This document shows positions 37,501-45,227 of a DNA stretch of 45,227 nucleotides, piece after piece; the first letter of the stretch is position 1; each line of letters opens with the position of its first letter. The position numbers were made by a program, and so were the translations under genes. Source of the DNA: a candidate division FCPU426 bacterium (GTDB lineage Bacteria; Oederibacteriota; JAAXVQ01; JAUVAV01); contig DAOWGI010000016.1 in NCBI GenBank assembly GCA_030637655.1, positions 1-45,227 of the forward strand, read 5' to 3'. A model generated the notes under the pieces. That model was given only the letters and a program-made list of their open reading frames with translations, was not told the origin of the DNA and made no database searches.

Positions 37501-39716
37501 TTTGGGCAGCCTATCCGGATCTCGGAATCTTGGCAAATGTTTCAGATAATCAAGAATATAAGGTGTTGAATCACACTGTAGCGCGGAACGGGTTTATTGC
37601 TAGTAATGAAGATGGCACGTTTTTAGCCGGTCGGTTCTCGCGCTTGTATGGATTTGATTTGACTTCAGATCAATACATTGTTGTAGAAAAAGAAAAATAT
37701 AAGATTAAAGTAACCCAGCTGGAACAATACCCCAATACTTTACTTACCTTGCCGCGACCACAGGAGTGGAAGTATTCTGAGTCCATCACTGTTAGGCAGG
37801 GGATGACGCCGATTAAATTAGTGGCTGTCACAACTCAGACTATTTCGTTTTTAACGGAAGGAAATGTGTCACAGACGACTGGAGCTGTTACATATATCGT
37901 CAACTATAACCAGCACTATAAACCGGAATTTATACTTAAAATTGTTGGTTCCAAACTTGAAGCCGCGATGAATACAGAAATGGTTGTTGGACTTGAAGCT
38001 GAGAACTTAGGTGGCGGACCACTACCCAATGTCCGTTTAGCGTTAACTGCCTGGCTGGTTAAACGTAACAGTCCAATGATTGATTCCAAAACAGGCTATA
38101 AAACACTTGGATCCAAAGAATTGTTAAAAACACAATCCGTATCAACCTTCGAAGCTGGAAAAAAACTTTCAGCCACCTTTCCTTTTATTATTCCCAGCAA
38201 TGCGGAAGTGGGGGATCTGATTTGGCTACGCGGTGAAATGGTATCGAAAAACGGGGAGTCTTTACGTACAATTCGTTCACAAAGTATTGTGAAAGTGACA
38301 AGTCTTTTTGATCTGCAGATGATTACAGAACAGAAAGTATTGCCGGTTGGAGAGTGGCAGGAATTTGATGTTACTGTAAAAAATAATTATACTCAAGCTA
38401 TTCGCGGGAAAGTGGTGTTTAATTTACCTAAGACCTGGAAAGGTAAAAAAAGTAAAAACCTTGCGCTAAAACCCAATGAAATGAAACGAGTAACCTTTAA
38501 AGTGATGCCACCGGCTGTTGAAAAGAAGGAAGTCTACCCTGTATCCACATCGTTCCAAATGCAAAAAAAGGTGGTGGAAGCTGCGCAATCCAAATTAGAA
38601 GTAGCACCGATCTGGCGGGTTATTTCTGTTGAGGGACCACGAGTATTGGTGCAAGGAGAGAAAAGCAAAGCTAAAATTCGCTTGATTGCGAACGGTAATG
38701 TTGGTACTGCAGGTAAGGTGAGGCTAAAACCAGCCAAAGGATTGGAAGTGGACCGGAAGGAATTGCTTTTTAATGTTGCTCCTGGCGGAGAACAACAGTT
38801 GGAATTTGAAGTTTTCTCCAGTCGCAAAGGCACTTCTGAATTGGGCGTTGAAGTGATCACACCACGTGGTAAAAAACGCTTTAAGTCAAGCTACCGAGTT
38901 ATTGGTAAAAATGAAGCGGTCGTGGTCACTGGTGATATTATGAATCGTTTGGATTATGACATTATTATGGCGAATTCCAAAGTGGAAGTTCAACTGCAGA
39001 AAGAGATGGGTGGTCGCCCCTTAGCCTTCTACCTGAGAGCATCTGGAGCGAATATGTTATATCAAAACTATCCCAAAGTAGAGCAGCGGGAAGGGAATAA
39101 AGACTGGGTGGAATACGGCGGGATTAATGATTGGTTCCCTGGCGGCTGGCCTGGTGAGGTCTGGAATGGATCGTGGGAACATAAGGTAGTCAAGGCCGAA
39201 GGTGAAGATGTGGTTGTTACAATGTGGACCACGACTGAAAAAGGCCTGAGGTTGGAACGCACGATGACTTTGGTTGCCAATAGCCGGGAATTACGGTTGG
39301 ACTATAATGTGGGGAATGAAACCGGTGGTATTGCTCGATACCAGTGGTATAGTCATCCGGATTTTGCTCCGGGGGGGGAGAATTTTGCCAGTGAGTATCA
39401 TCGTATGATTATTCCAGTTAAAGATCCAAAAGATCAAAATAAAATCATTCGGCATGCTGAAAAATTTATTGCCAAAATTGATAAGGATACCTTTGTACCA
39501 CGCGAGGGTTGGGTGGTTGCAGTCGACACACAGAGCAAAGACTACATTATGCAAAAATTCGACCCCAAAGAAATCACTCAAATAGGTATTTGGCAAGATT
39601 CGAATTTCTATACAATGGAACTGTTAGGTAAAGAGGTGTCCTTAAAACCTGCGGAGACCAGATCATTTACGATTCGTTATCTCGTAGGAAATAATAATTG
39701 GGAGGAGGAATTATGA
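34503..39716 (+). CDS. Large secreted multi-domain putative glycoside hydrolase: 2 CBM-like domains + DUF6259-like TIM barrel + Ig-like domains + mutarotase-like C-terminus
   Basis: Signal peptide; GFDRYMPD..P.DP.YG...F...I..AH..G..VMPYTNPTFW, LFLDQIGA; C-terminal DWVEYGGINDWFPGGWPGEVWN matches 1610..4396. Confidence 0.7.
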   Translation: MKKNICWIIVFSFITSFLSLTTQAYAAANVLFGEKKYSIVSWRDAWPDKTLTGAKIEIAGKNAKIIGTNTDLFYGMVYQNIEWDLDKHPYLEINVKYCNSDWYMVVSNPNIEDGYSKNDYIKIERGTQQTGLRAYNIREATGLRGKRIIRLEIGIATSERPGNKGLSLKFSSLKLVGKSKGKKIKIVRQKVLSPKEAAALERDTLETQLLGWSNRESNGGSSGAHLEKASGGKVRLIGDFPNQSYGYVHKKMTIDFSKMTKLEVDVENVEYNLYVIFSGEQFRGGYHRFSYIFKPGTYNFDLKNEFDYLKGPQTFDLKVGITTENEKISNRGKKAVVSYIKFIGKGKIDLALGLIPSQIIEPAPPLAKQHQIAKKSLPKALTQAKESLDQGGILKIFGSKYEAKPVPQVSDPPVFSDAGNRLTIRNKYYEVVLDKEKGVFESIKDKVHNSQVGMGVKPAYLWRLMFKDGSFLNSDDFLKRAGANFAYQWLEKKQMLRFTTTHQKTTIQVNVHFSEFNYFDFAADVINGEAQVIVSMETPKLSFNYDKLDRFYLPWYMGISFNQLFFKNKRRWKTTYPFLFSDLVNWSMTDGGQFTSFLHWADKPVEPSRINIGYSRGKKGVYEHVWTTYIKPKAKWDSQALRMVVGEKIEATLRRFKKDNKLEKSPLLVDKLGKKLFDKVKNGVLLKMSLDSNRNFAHVNTYYKELPKHTIIHFVSWWLEGFDRYMPDFWPVDPTYGTNQDFKDSIKLAHKNGLVVMPYTNPTFWNLSPTLTSAGGPNEIASRDLKNELRYEVYPSGGKGWAASPCHPDVVKAGDYVAERFFREFDIDILFLDQIGARFIYYDLNKTMENPTGYTEAWLQNSWEYLKLGPLFTEQGYDRLIPMMSSFSGLASFTAPPSYDYDNFFGKGNWEYYPMAQYLSHEHVAFMNHNLAHEVFCESHDKIAWYLAHGYHMLNGRWISGWHSKKRWFYLADQIQKHIVSKYTGQPLLNYSQPIPNRVFWAAYPDLGILANVSDNQEYKVLNHTVARNGFIASNEDGTFLAGRFSRLYGFDLTSDQYIVVEKEKYKIKVTQLEQYPNTLLTLPRPQEWKYSESITVRQGMTPIKLVAVTTQTISFLTEGNVSQTTGAVTYIVNYNQHYKPEFILKIVGSKLEAAMNTEMVVGLEAENLGGGPLPNVRLALTAWLVKRNSPMIDSKTGYKTLGSKELLKTQSVSTFEAGKKLSATFPFIIPSNAEVGDLIWLRGEMVSKNGESLRTIRSQSIVKVTSLFDLQMITEQKVLPVGEWQEFDVTVKNNYTQAIRGKVVFNLPKTWKGKKSKNLALKPNEMKRVTFKVMPPAVEKKEVYPVSTSFQMQKKVVEAAQSKLEVAPIWRVISVEGPRVLVQGEKSKAKIRLIANGNVGTAGKVRLKPAKGLEVDRKELLFNVAPGGEQQLEFEVFSSRKGTSELGVEVITPRGKKRFKSSYRVIGKNEAVVVTGDIMNRLDYDIIMANSKVEVQLQKEMGGRPLAFYLRASGANMLYQNYPKVEQREGNKDWVEYGGINDWFPGGWPGEVWNGSWEHKVVKAEGEDVVVTMWTTTEKGLRLERTMTLVANSRELRLDYNVGNETGGIARYQWYSHPDFAPGGENFASEYHRMIIPVKDPKDQNKIIRHAEKFIAKIDKDTFVPREGWVVAVDTQSKDYIMQKFDPKEITQIGIWQDSNFYTMELLGKEVSLKPAETRSFTIRYLVGNNNWEEEL

Positions 39717-41014
39717 AAAAAGCATGGAGAATACTATTTGCAGTAGCAGTATTGATCGGGATGACGGGTCTTTTCATCAGTGGATGTGGTACCAAAGGGA
39801 GCAAAGAAGAACAGGTGACTATCACCTTCTGGCATTGGTGGGCAGATCAACAACCAATGCTGGAGAAATTGGCAGAAACTTATGAAGATGAAACAGGTGT
39901 TAAGGTTGCAATGGAGCTGATTGGGACAGACTATTTCAAAAAGCTCCAAGCAGCTGCAGGAGCCAATACTTTGCCGGATATTATAGGGCTAGCCGGTGGC
40001 GGTGAATTGCTGGCACGTTATGTAAAAGCGGATCGTATTTATAATCTTACAGAAGAACTGAACGCAAATGATGGTGCCTGGAATAAGACTTTTTTTCCCC
40101 GTGCCCTGGAAGCATTTCGCTTTGAAGAAAATAATATTTATAAAGTTGAAGATAATACCTATTGGGGTGTACCGATTTCGGTTATGAACATTCAAATCTT
40201 TTATCATAAAGATTTGTTTAAAAAAGCCGGACTTGATCCGGAAAAACCTCCGAAGACTTGGTCTGAGTTTTTAGCAGCAAGTAAAAAATTGAGGGAAGCG
40301 GATATTTCGCCATTTATTGCCGGATTTGGTGATTTGTGGATTGATTATACTATTTTCAATGCCTATTGTTGGTCTTATCTGGGTAAAGAAAATATGCGTA
40401 AACTCTATTCCGGAGAACTGCCATATACCCATGGAGGATGTGTTAAAAGCTTGCAGCGTATTGTTGACCTGAGAGCCAATAAGGTATTATATGAAGGGGC
40501 AGTTTCTATGCAGAACAAAGAAGCTGAAATCAATTTTGCAAATAAAAAAGTTGCTATGATGTTAAATGGCTCCTGGGCTGTTAATGTGTACAATGGTTTG
40601 AATACTGAATTGGACTTGGGTGTTTTTCCATTCCCTAAACCGGATGATGCTGAACATCCAATGTATTTTATTGGTGGGGTAGGCAAAGGATGTGCGATTA
40701 CCCAAAATACCGAAGATGCTGAAGAAACACTAGCCTTTTTAAAATGGTTTTTAGCCAAAGCACAGCAAGTGATGTTGGCAAAAGAATCACGTCAGATTCC
40801 AGCTAATGTTCAGGCTATGGATGATATTGATCCTTTATTGCAGGGTTTTGCCAAAGGAATGCATAGTTTGACACCTGATTTGAAATTAGAAGAAAAGAAT
40901 GAAGTTCGAGAAGTACTCCAGAAAGGTGTTCAATCGATTATTATTGGCGAAGAAATTCCACAGGATATTTTGAAAAAAGCTTGGGAAGTGAAGCAGAGAA
41001 TTATGAAAAAATAA
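39713..41014 (+). CDS. Sugar ABC transporter solute-binding lipoprotein
   Basis: RBS ggaggagg; lipobox ISGC; ITFWHWW, PDI, IFYHKDLFKKAGLD..PPKTW.EF, AMMLNGSW. Confidence 0.93.
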   Translation: MKKAWRILFAVAVLIGMTGLFISGCGTKGSKEEQVTITFWHWWADQQPMLEKLAETYEDETGVKVAMELIGTDYFKKLQAAAGANTLPDIIGLAGGGELLARYVKADRIYNLTEELNANDGAWNKTFFPRALEAFRFEENNIYKVEDNTYWGVPISVMNIQIFYHKDLFKKAGLDPEKPPKTWSEFLAASKKLREADISPFIAGFGDLWIDYTIFNAYCWSYLGKENMRKLYSGELPYTHGGCVKSLQRIVDLRANKVLYEGAVSMQNKEAEINFANKKVAMMLNGSWAVNVYNGLNTELDLGVFPFPKPDDAEHPMYFIGGVGKGCAITQNTEDAEETLAFLKWFLAKAQQVMLAKESRQIPANVQAMDDIDPLLQGFAKGMHSLTPDLKLEEKNEVREVLQKGVQSIIIGEEIPQDILKKAWEVKQRIMKK

Positions 41015-41048
41015 TAGCGGGGGCTCAAGGTTTCTCTGCTTATCGTGT

Positions 41049-41114
41049 GTGCGCCCGGTAGGGCGCACCTGCTGCTGGAAGGTGCCGGAGTAGGGAACGG
41101 TCGCGACCGTTCCC
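41049..41114. repeat. Two palindromes including a GTAG-tagged REP
   Basis: gtgcgcccggtagggcgcac (41049-41068); gtagggaacggtcgcgaccgttccc (41090-41114). Confidence 0.65.
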
Positions 41115-41230
41115 CACTCACGTTCATAAATAGTTAGCCGGAGTCTAAAACATAAATCATTGAAATTAAGTAAGACATAAAAAAAATGTATTGGTTGGAT
41201 GTGAAATTTAAGGTGCAGGAGGCGCGAACG

Positions 41231-42556
41231 ATGCTACGAAATTGGAAAACTAAACTTCTGACAGTTGCAGTTTTAGCAGCACTATTCAGCTTGAATACGG
41301 TTTCTGCTGGTTATGCAGCCAAGCAGAAGGAACAATCGAGGCCTAAAGAAACCATTACGTTCTGGCATTGGTGGTTAGATTATCAGACTTTTTTTCTTGA
41401 GATGGCTGAGCGCTATCGTATGGAGACCAATATCCAAGTCGATTTCCAGGTGTTTTCTTCAGTGGGACGCCATTATTGGAACAAAGTGCAAGCCGCGGCT
41501 CAAGCTAACGTCCTGCCCGATATTATTGGCATTACCGATGATCCGGAGAATTTAGCGCGTTATGTCAAAGGCGGGAAATTTCTGGAAGTAACACAGGAAA
41601 TGAAAGTAAACAAACAAGCATGGGAATATAGTTTTTATCCTCGGGTGATCAATGCCCTGTATTTTACCGATAAAAATATTTATGGTGTTAAAGGCGATAG
41701 TTACTGGGGCGTACCACTTTCTGCCATGAATATCCAGATTTTTTATAATAAAAAACTGTTTGAAAAAGCTGGTTTAGATCCTGATAATCCACCTAAGACC
41801 TGGACTGAATGGATGCAAGCTGGTGATAAACTTAAAAAAGCAGGGATCAAACCTTTAGTTGCTGGGTTTGGAGAGTATTGGCACTATCAAACTTTTTTTC
41901 GTGCCTATGCGTGGCCCTTATTAGGCAAAGAGAAAATCCGTGATCTTTATATGGGCGAAATGGCATATACTGAGCCGGAATGTTTGGGAATTTTAGAATT
42001 GTTTGTTGAGCTGCGCAAGATGCTCTATCCTGGTGCTTATGCCATGTCCAATAAAGAAGCGGAAATCGTTTTTTCTAGGCAAAAAGCAGCTATGATTATC
42101 AACGGCTCTTGGGGTGTAAATGTGTTTGAACAGATGAATCCGGATCTGGAATATGGTGTTTTCAATTTTCCGAAACCGGATACGGCAGAACATCCAATGT
42201 ACATCATCGGTGGTCTAGGAAAAGCAGCAGCCATATCATCGAAATCTAAACATTCCGAGGAGGCTATTAATTTTTTGCGTTGGCTTTCAGCTCAGATGCA
42301 GCAGGAGCGATGGGCGAGAATTCCTCATGGGTTTCCGGCGAATTTGGAAGCTCAAGAAAAAATGCATTTAAAGATGAACCCTTTTGTTTTAGGTATGAAG
42401 CATCTAGCACCTAATCTGTTTTTAGAAGAAAGATGGGAAGTGCTGGAAGTACTGAGTAAGAACATGCAATTATTGGTTTTGGATGAAGTAACTCCCCTTA
42501 CTGTTTTGCAAAAAGTTCAAAAAAAGAAAAAACAACTAAATAAAAGAAAAAATTGA
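41231..42556 (+). CDS. Second sugar ABC solute-binding protein (paralog, no lipobox)
   Basis: RBS caggagg before ATG 41231; same motifs as 39713..41014; signal ends GYAA with no Cys. Confidence 0.92.
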   Translation: MLRNWKTKLLTVAVLAALFSLNTVSAGYAAKQKEQSRPKETITFWHWWLDYQTFFLEMAERYRMETNIQVDFQVFSSVGRHYWNKVQAAAQANVLPDIIGITDDPENLARYVKGGKFLEVTQEMKVNKQAWEYSFYPRVINALYFTDKNIYGVKGDSYWGVPLSAMNIQIFYNKKLFEKAGLDPDNPPKTWTEWMQAGDKLKKAGIKPLVAGFGEYWHYQTFFRAYAWPLLGKEKIRDLYMGEMAYTEPECLGILELFVELRKMLYPGAYAMSNKEAEIVFSRQKAAMIINGSWGVNVFEQMNPDLEYGVFNFPKPDTAEHPMYIIGGLGKAAAISSKSKHSEEAINFLRWLSAQMQQERWARIPHGFPANLEAQEKMHLKMNPFVLGMKHLAPNLFLEERWEVLEVLSKNMQLLVLDEVTPLTVLQKVQKKKKQLNKRKN

Positions 42557-42705
42557 AATATTTTTTAAAACATGGAACAATAGATTATGGTATTCAACAG
42601 GAGGGTAAGCGGCAAATATCTTCCTGTTGCAGGCTGTAACCTACGCCTTGGATTCTTGCTTTTTTGGCAAGAAAATTATTTGCCATAAAGAGTGCAAGGG
42701 ATTTT

Positions 42706-42771
42706 TTTGACCGGATAACAGGAATGACAGAATTTGTTTAAAATCCCGTATATCCTGTTGATCCTGTCAAA
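42706..42771. repeat. REP-like inverted repeat (acagga / atcctgt units)
   Basis: tttgaccggataacaggaatgacagaattt ... aaatcccgtatatcctgttgatcctgtcaaa. Confidence 0.6.
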
Positions 42772-42778
42772 GATATTT

Positions 42779-42801
42779 GGTTCCGGCTTGTCCGGGTTGG
42801 G
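42779..42801 (+). repeat. Dispersed GTTCCGG..GTCCGG repeat, copy 2
   Basis: ggttccggcttgtccgggttggg. Confidence 0.75.
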
Positions 42802-42829
42802 AATATAACGATAAAGCCAATAATGACTT

Positions 42830-43924
42830 ATGGATAAACTGATGTTCCAAAGAAAATTATTTATACAGTATGGAATTTTTCTGCTGGCTTGGTTCGCTGC
42901 TTCGGCTTTGGGGTTGAGACCGGTTATGGCAGAAGAATTTTTTAAGGCTCAGATTAGTAATACTTCTCCTAATCTGGGTGATGCGTTGGTCTATTCCATT
43001 GAAGTGATGACTGCCGGGGAAACGCAATACTCGCCGGACATCACCCTGCCTGAGCTAAAACGATACTTTCAAGTGGGTGAAACCTTTGGCCGTTCTTCAG
43101 TAAGTATTTTAAACGGTAAAACGCATATTGTGACTACCAAAGAGGTTCAGCTGGTGGCCAACCAGACCGGCGAGATTCACATCGAGCCGGCCCGGATCGA
43201 ATTGATTGATACTGCGGCCAATCAGCGGGTGATGCGCCGGACCAATTCCGTGACCTTGGCTGTGAATGAGGCGACAGGCGCTTTAGCCCTTCCTACCCCG
43301 ACACCGGAGATTGATGTATTGAAACCCATCAAAAAAGCGGCCAAACTATCTTTGAGTCAATGGCTGCCTTTTGCCATTGGCGGGTTCATTATCATTTTTA
43401 TGTTCGGCGTTAGGTCTTATTTAAAACACCGTCCTGAACCCAAACCCGAAGCAGCAAAAGAACCGATGGATACACGTTCGCCTGAAGAACGTGCTTTGGA
43501 GGCCTTGGAACAAGCCATGCAGCTTAAAGAAAATGGCATGGTCAATGAATTTTATACCGCACTGTCTGTTGCTTTGCGTCACTATATGGCTGAAACTTTT
43601 GACTTTAAGGCGGAAGAAGCCACAACCCGGGAGATGCTGCGGGAAATGGAAAAGTTGGAATTTAAGCCTGTTTTTTTGGAAAAATATCGGGAATATTTTA
43701 GGGAGTGCGATAAAGTCAAATTTGCCAAGGTTGAGCCGGATGCACAACAACTGGAAGCCGCCTTGCCGACTGTGAAGGACTTGATTCAACATACGGACAA
43801 ACGTGATATACCGGAACCGCCGCCAAAAGAAGCTGCTCCGGAAGGTGAGACTGCACCGGAACCGGAACTAACCGCTGCTTCCCAAGGCGCTGAGTCCTCA
43901 TCAGCACCAACGGAAAAAAGCTAG
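42830..43924 (+). CDS. BatD-like Ig domain + TM helix + helical C-terminal domain (typical partner upstream of batA)
   Basis: SSVSILNGK, TG.I.IEPA.I; TM helix; FY..LS..LR.Y....F...A.E.TTRE, DKVKFAK. Confidence 0.7.
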   Translation: MDKLMFQRKLFIQYGIFLLAWFAASALGLRPVMAEEFFKAQISNTSPNLGDALVYSIEVMTAGETQYSPDITLPELKRYFQVGETFGRSSVSILNGKTHIVTTKEVQLVANQTGEIHIEPARIELIDTAANQRVMRRTNSVTLAVNEATGALALPTPTPEIDVLKPIKKAAKLSLSQWLPFAIGGFIIIFMFGVRSYLKHRPEPKPEAAKEPMDTRSPEERALEALEQAMQLKENGMVNEFYTALSVALRHYMAETFDFKAEEATTREMLREMEKLEFKPVFLEKYREYFRECDKVKFAKVEPDAQQLEAALPTVKDLIQHTDKRDIPEPPPKEAAPEGETAPEPELTAASQGAESSSAPTEKS

Positions 43925-43938
43925 TTGCCTTGTTACCC

Positions 43939-45000
43939 ATGATTTTCGGTGATCTCCACTGGGCTTATCCCCTTTTTTTATTCCTGCTGCTTTTGCTTGC
44001 TCCGATCATTTGGCTGGCCAAACGAAAACAAGTAAAAAATCCAGGCATTTTATTTTCCGCTTATGCGTATATTCAGCGTATTCAGCGTGATTGGAATCAG
44101 TATTTTAGATATTGTTTGACTGCGTTGCGTGTGCTGGCTTTAATTATTTTAGTGATCATCTTGGTTCGTCCTCAGCGTGAAGTACGTGTTGTGGATCGTG
44201 AAATAAAAAATATGGATATTATGCTGGTGATTGATCTTTCGGAAAGCATGAGTGCTTATGATATTCGTCCTTATCGTTTGCAGGTGGCCAAACGAGTGAT
44301 GCGTAAATTTATACAACAACGCAAACGGGATCGGATCGGATTAGTGGTTTTTTCCGGAACTGCCATTACCGTATGCCCTTTAACCTTTGATCATGAGGTA
44401 TTGCTGGAAAGTTTGGGCGCGGTGGATATGCAAACAGTTAGTATGGAGGGAACTGCAATGGGAGATGCCTTGCTGGTTGCCGTTAACCGCTTGTTGCATT
44501 CCAGGGAGGGCATTGAATCCTCAAATCCGGAGGCACCGCCGGCCAAGAACCAGGGGAAAATCGTTATTTTAGCCACAGATGGAGCAAATAACCGGGGTTT
44601 TGAACCCATGTTGGCTGCCCAAGTAATTGCGAAGAAAGGCTTGAAATTATACACCATTGCTTTGGGTGGCAAAAAACCGGTGCTGCGATATGAACGCGAT
44701 CGGAGAGGAGATATGGTTCCGGTCAAAGACATTTACGGACGCCTGCAGTACTGGGAAGAACCTGATGTGGAGACCCTGGAAAGCATGGCGGATATCAGTG
44801 GTGGACGTTATTTCCGAGCTGAGAATACTGCGCAATTCAACCGGATTATGTCTGAGATTGATCGTTTGGAAAAACGCACAATACAATTACGACGTAAACA
44901 CACGTTTCAAGAGGAATATACCTGGTTTCTTATGGGGGCAATGTGTTTGTTGCTCCTGGAAGTTGTATTGCGCTTTATTCGTTTTCGCAACTTGGCCTAG
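43939..45000 (+). CDS. batA: BatA-like vWA domain membrane protein
   Basis: WAYP + N-terminal TMs, L.RPQ; MIDAS DLSESM, GTAMGDAL, ILATDG.NN; GG.YFRA; C-terminal TM. Confidence 0.85.
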   Translation: MIFGDLHWAYPLFLFLLLLLAPIIWLAKRKQVKNPGILFSAYAYIQRIQRDWNQYFRYCLTALRVLALIILVIILVRPQREVRVVDREIKNMDIMLVIDLSESMSAYDIRPYRLQVAKRVMRKFIQQRKRDRIGLVVFSGTAITVCPLTFDHEVLLESLGAVDMQTVSMEGTAMGDALLVAVNRLLHSREGIESSNPEAPPAKNQGKIVILATDGANNRGFEPMLAAQVIAKKGLKLYTIALGGKKPVLRYERDRRGDMVPVKDIYGRLQYWEEPDVETLESMADISGGRYFRAENTAQFNRIMSEIDRLEKRTIQLRRKHTFQEEYTWFLMGAMCLLLLEVVLRFIRFRNLA

Positions 45001-45027
45001 GAGTGTGAGCAATTAGTCTGTTTTTTA

Positions 45028-45174
45028 GTAACAGGTCAGTCAAGTGCAGTTAAACAAAGGTTGTCATTCCCGAGGGTTTAATCGGCCCCAACCGGAAAAA
45101 ATATATAGGGACGCCTTCGGCAGGAATCTGGTTTTTTAAACCATATCCCCGATAAGAGCATTCGGGGATGACAA
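45028..45174. mobile_element. Degenerate second copy of the 15901 MITE (left end + inverted REP cassette), set within an outer IR
   Basis: gtaacaggtcagtcaa..gttaaacaaaggttgtcat matches 15901-15940; outer IR gagcaattagtctgtttttt / aaaaaaatcagactaaatgttc. Confidence 0.65.
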
Positions 45175-45204
45175 CATAAAAAAATCAGACTAAATGTTCA
45201 AATT

Positions 45205-45227
45205 CCTAATCCGGACAAGCCGGAACC
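45205..45227 (-). repeat. Dispersed GTTCCGG..GTCCGG repeat, copy 3
   Basis: cctaatccggacaagccggaacc is the reverse complement of ggttccggcttgtccggattagg. Confidence 0.75.

Overview
Bacterial chromosomal segment from a diderm organism; all convincing genes lie on the + strand. Thr/Pro-rich linkers, FlgD-like C-terminal sorting domains (CTDs) and PorV-like barrels, with no Bacteroidota T9SS core genes in the window, suggest a poorly characterised phylum such as FCPU426/Goldbacteria/Firestonebacteria or an Elusimicrobiota relative (inference only). Layout: (1) 1-7.7 kb: 3' end of a larger unknown ORF, two secreted GH99/GH71-like glycosidases and a membrane-anchored type I phosphomannose isomerase. 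(2) 8.2-23.4 kb: a putative surface-fibre/export locus with two duplicated [subunit + hairpin + chaperone-like] cassettes, a PapD-like protein, a CTD protein coupled to a PorV-OmpA fusion, a 1013-aa TPR protein and ExbB-ExbD-ExbD-TonB, but no usher. (3) 23.8-42.6 kb: a SusC/SusD-free glycan-utilisation locus built on a ~135-aa domain present about 10 times in 5 genes, with an OM-barrel-like protein, a second CTD/PorV pair, a sugar ABC transporter and a 1737-aa multi-domain glycosidase. (4) BatD-like and BatA genes. Intergenic regions hold several REP/MITE families. These include a GxxExxY nuclease gene bracketed by 31-bp inverted repeats plus an in-frame internally deleted copy and an empty copy, and a MITE with an 8-bp TSD whose internal cassette is inverted in a second copy. 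No rRNA, tRNA or CRISPR array was seen. All protein calls come from motif reading; no database searches were run.
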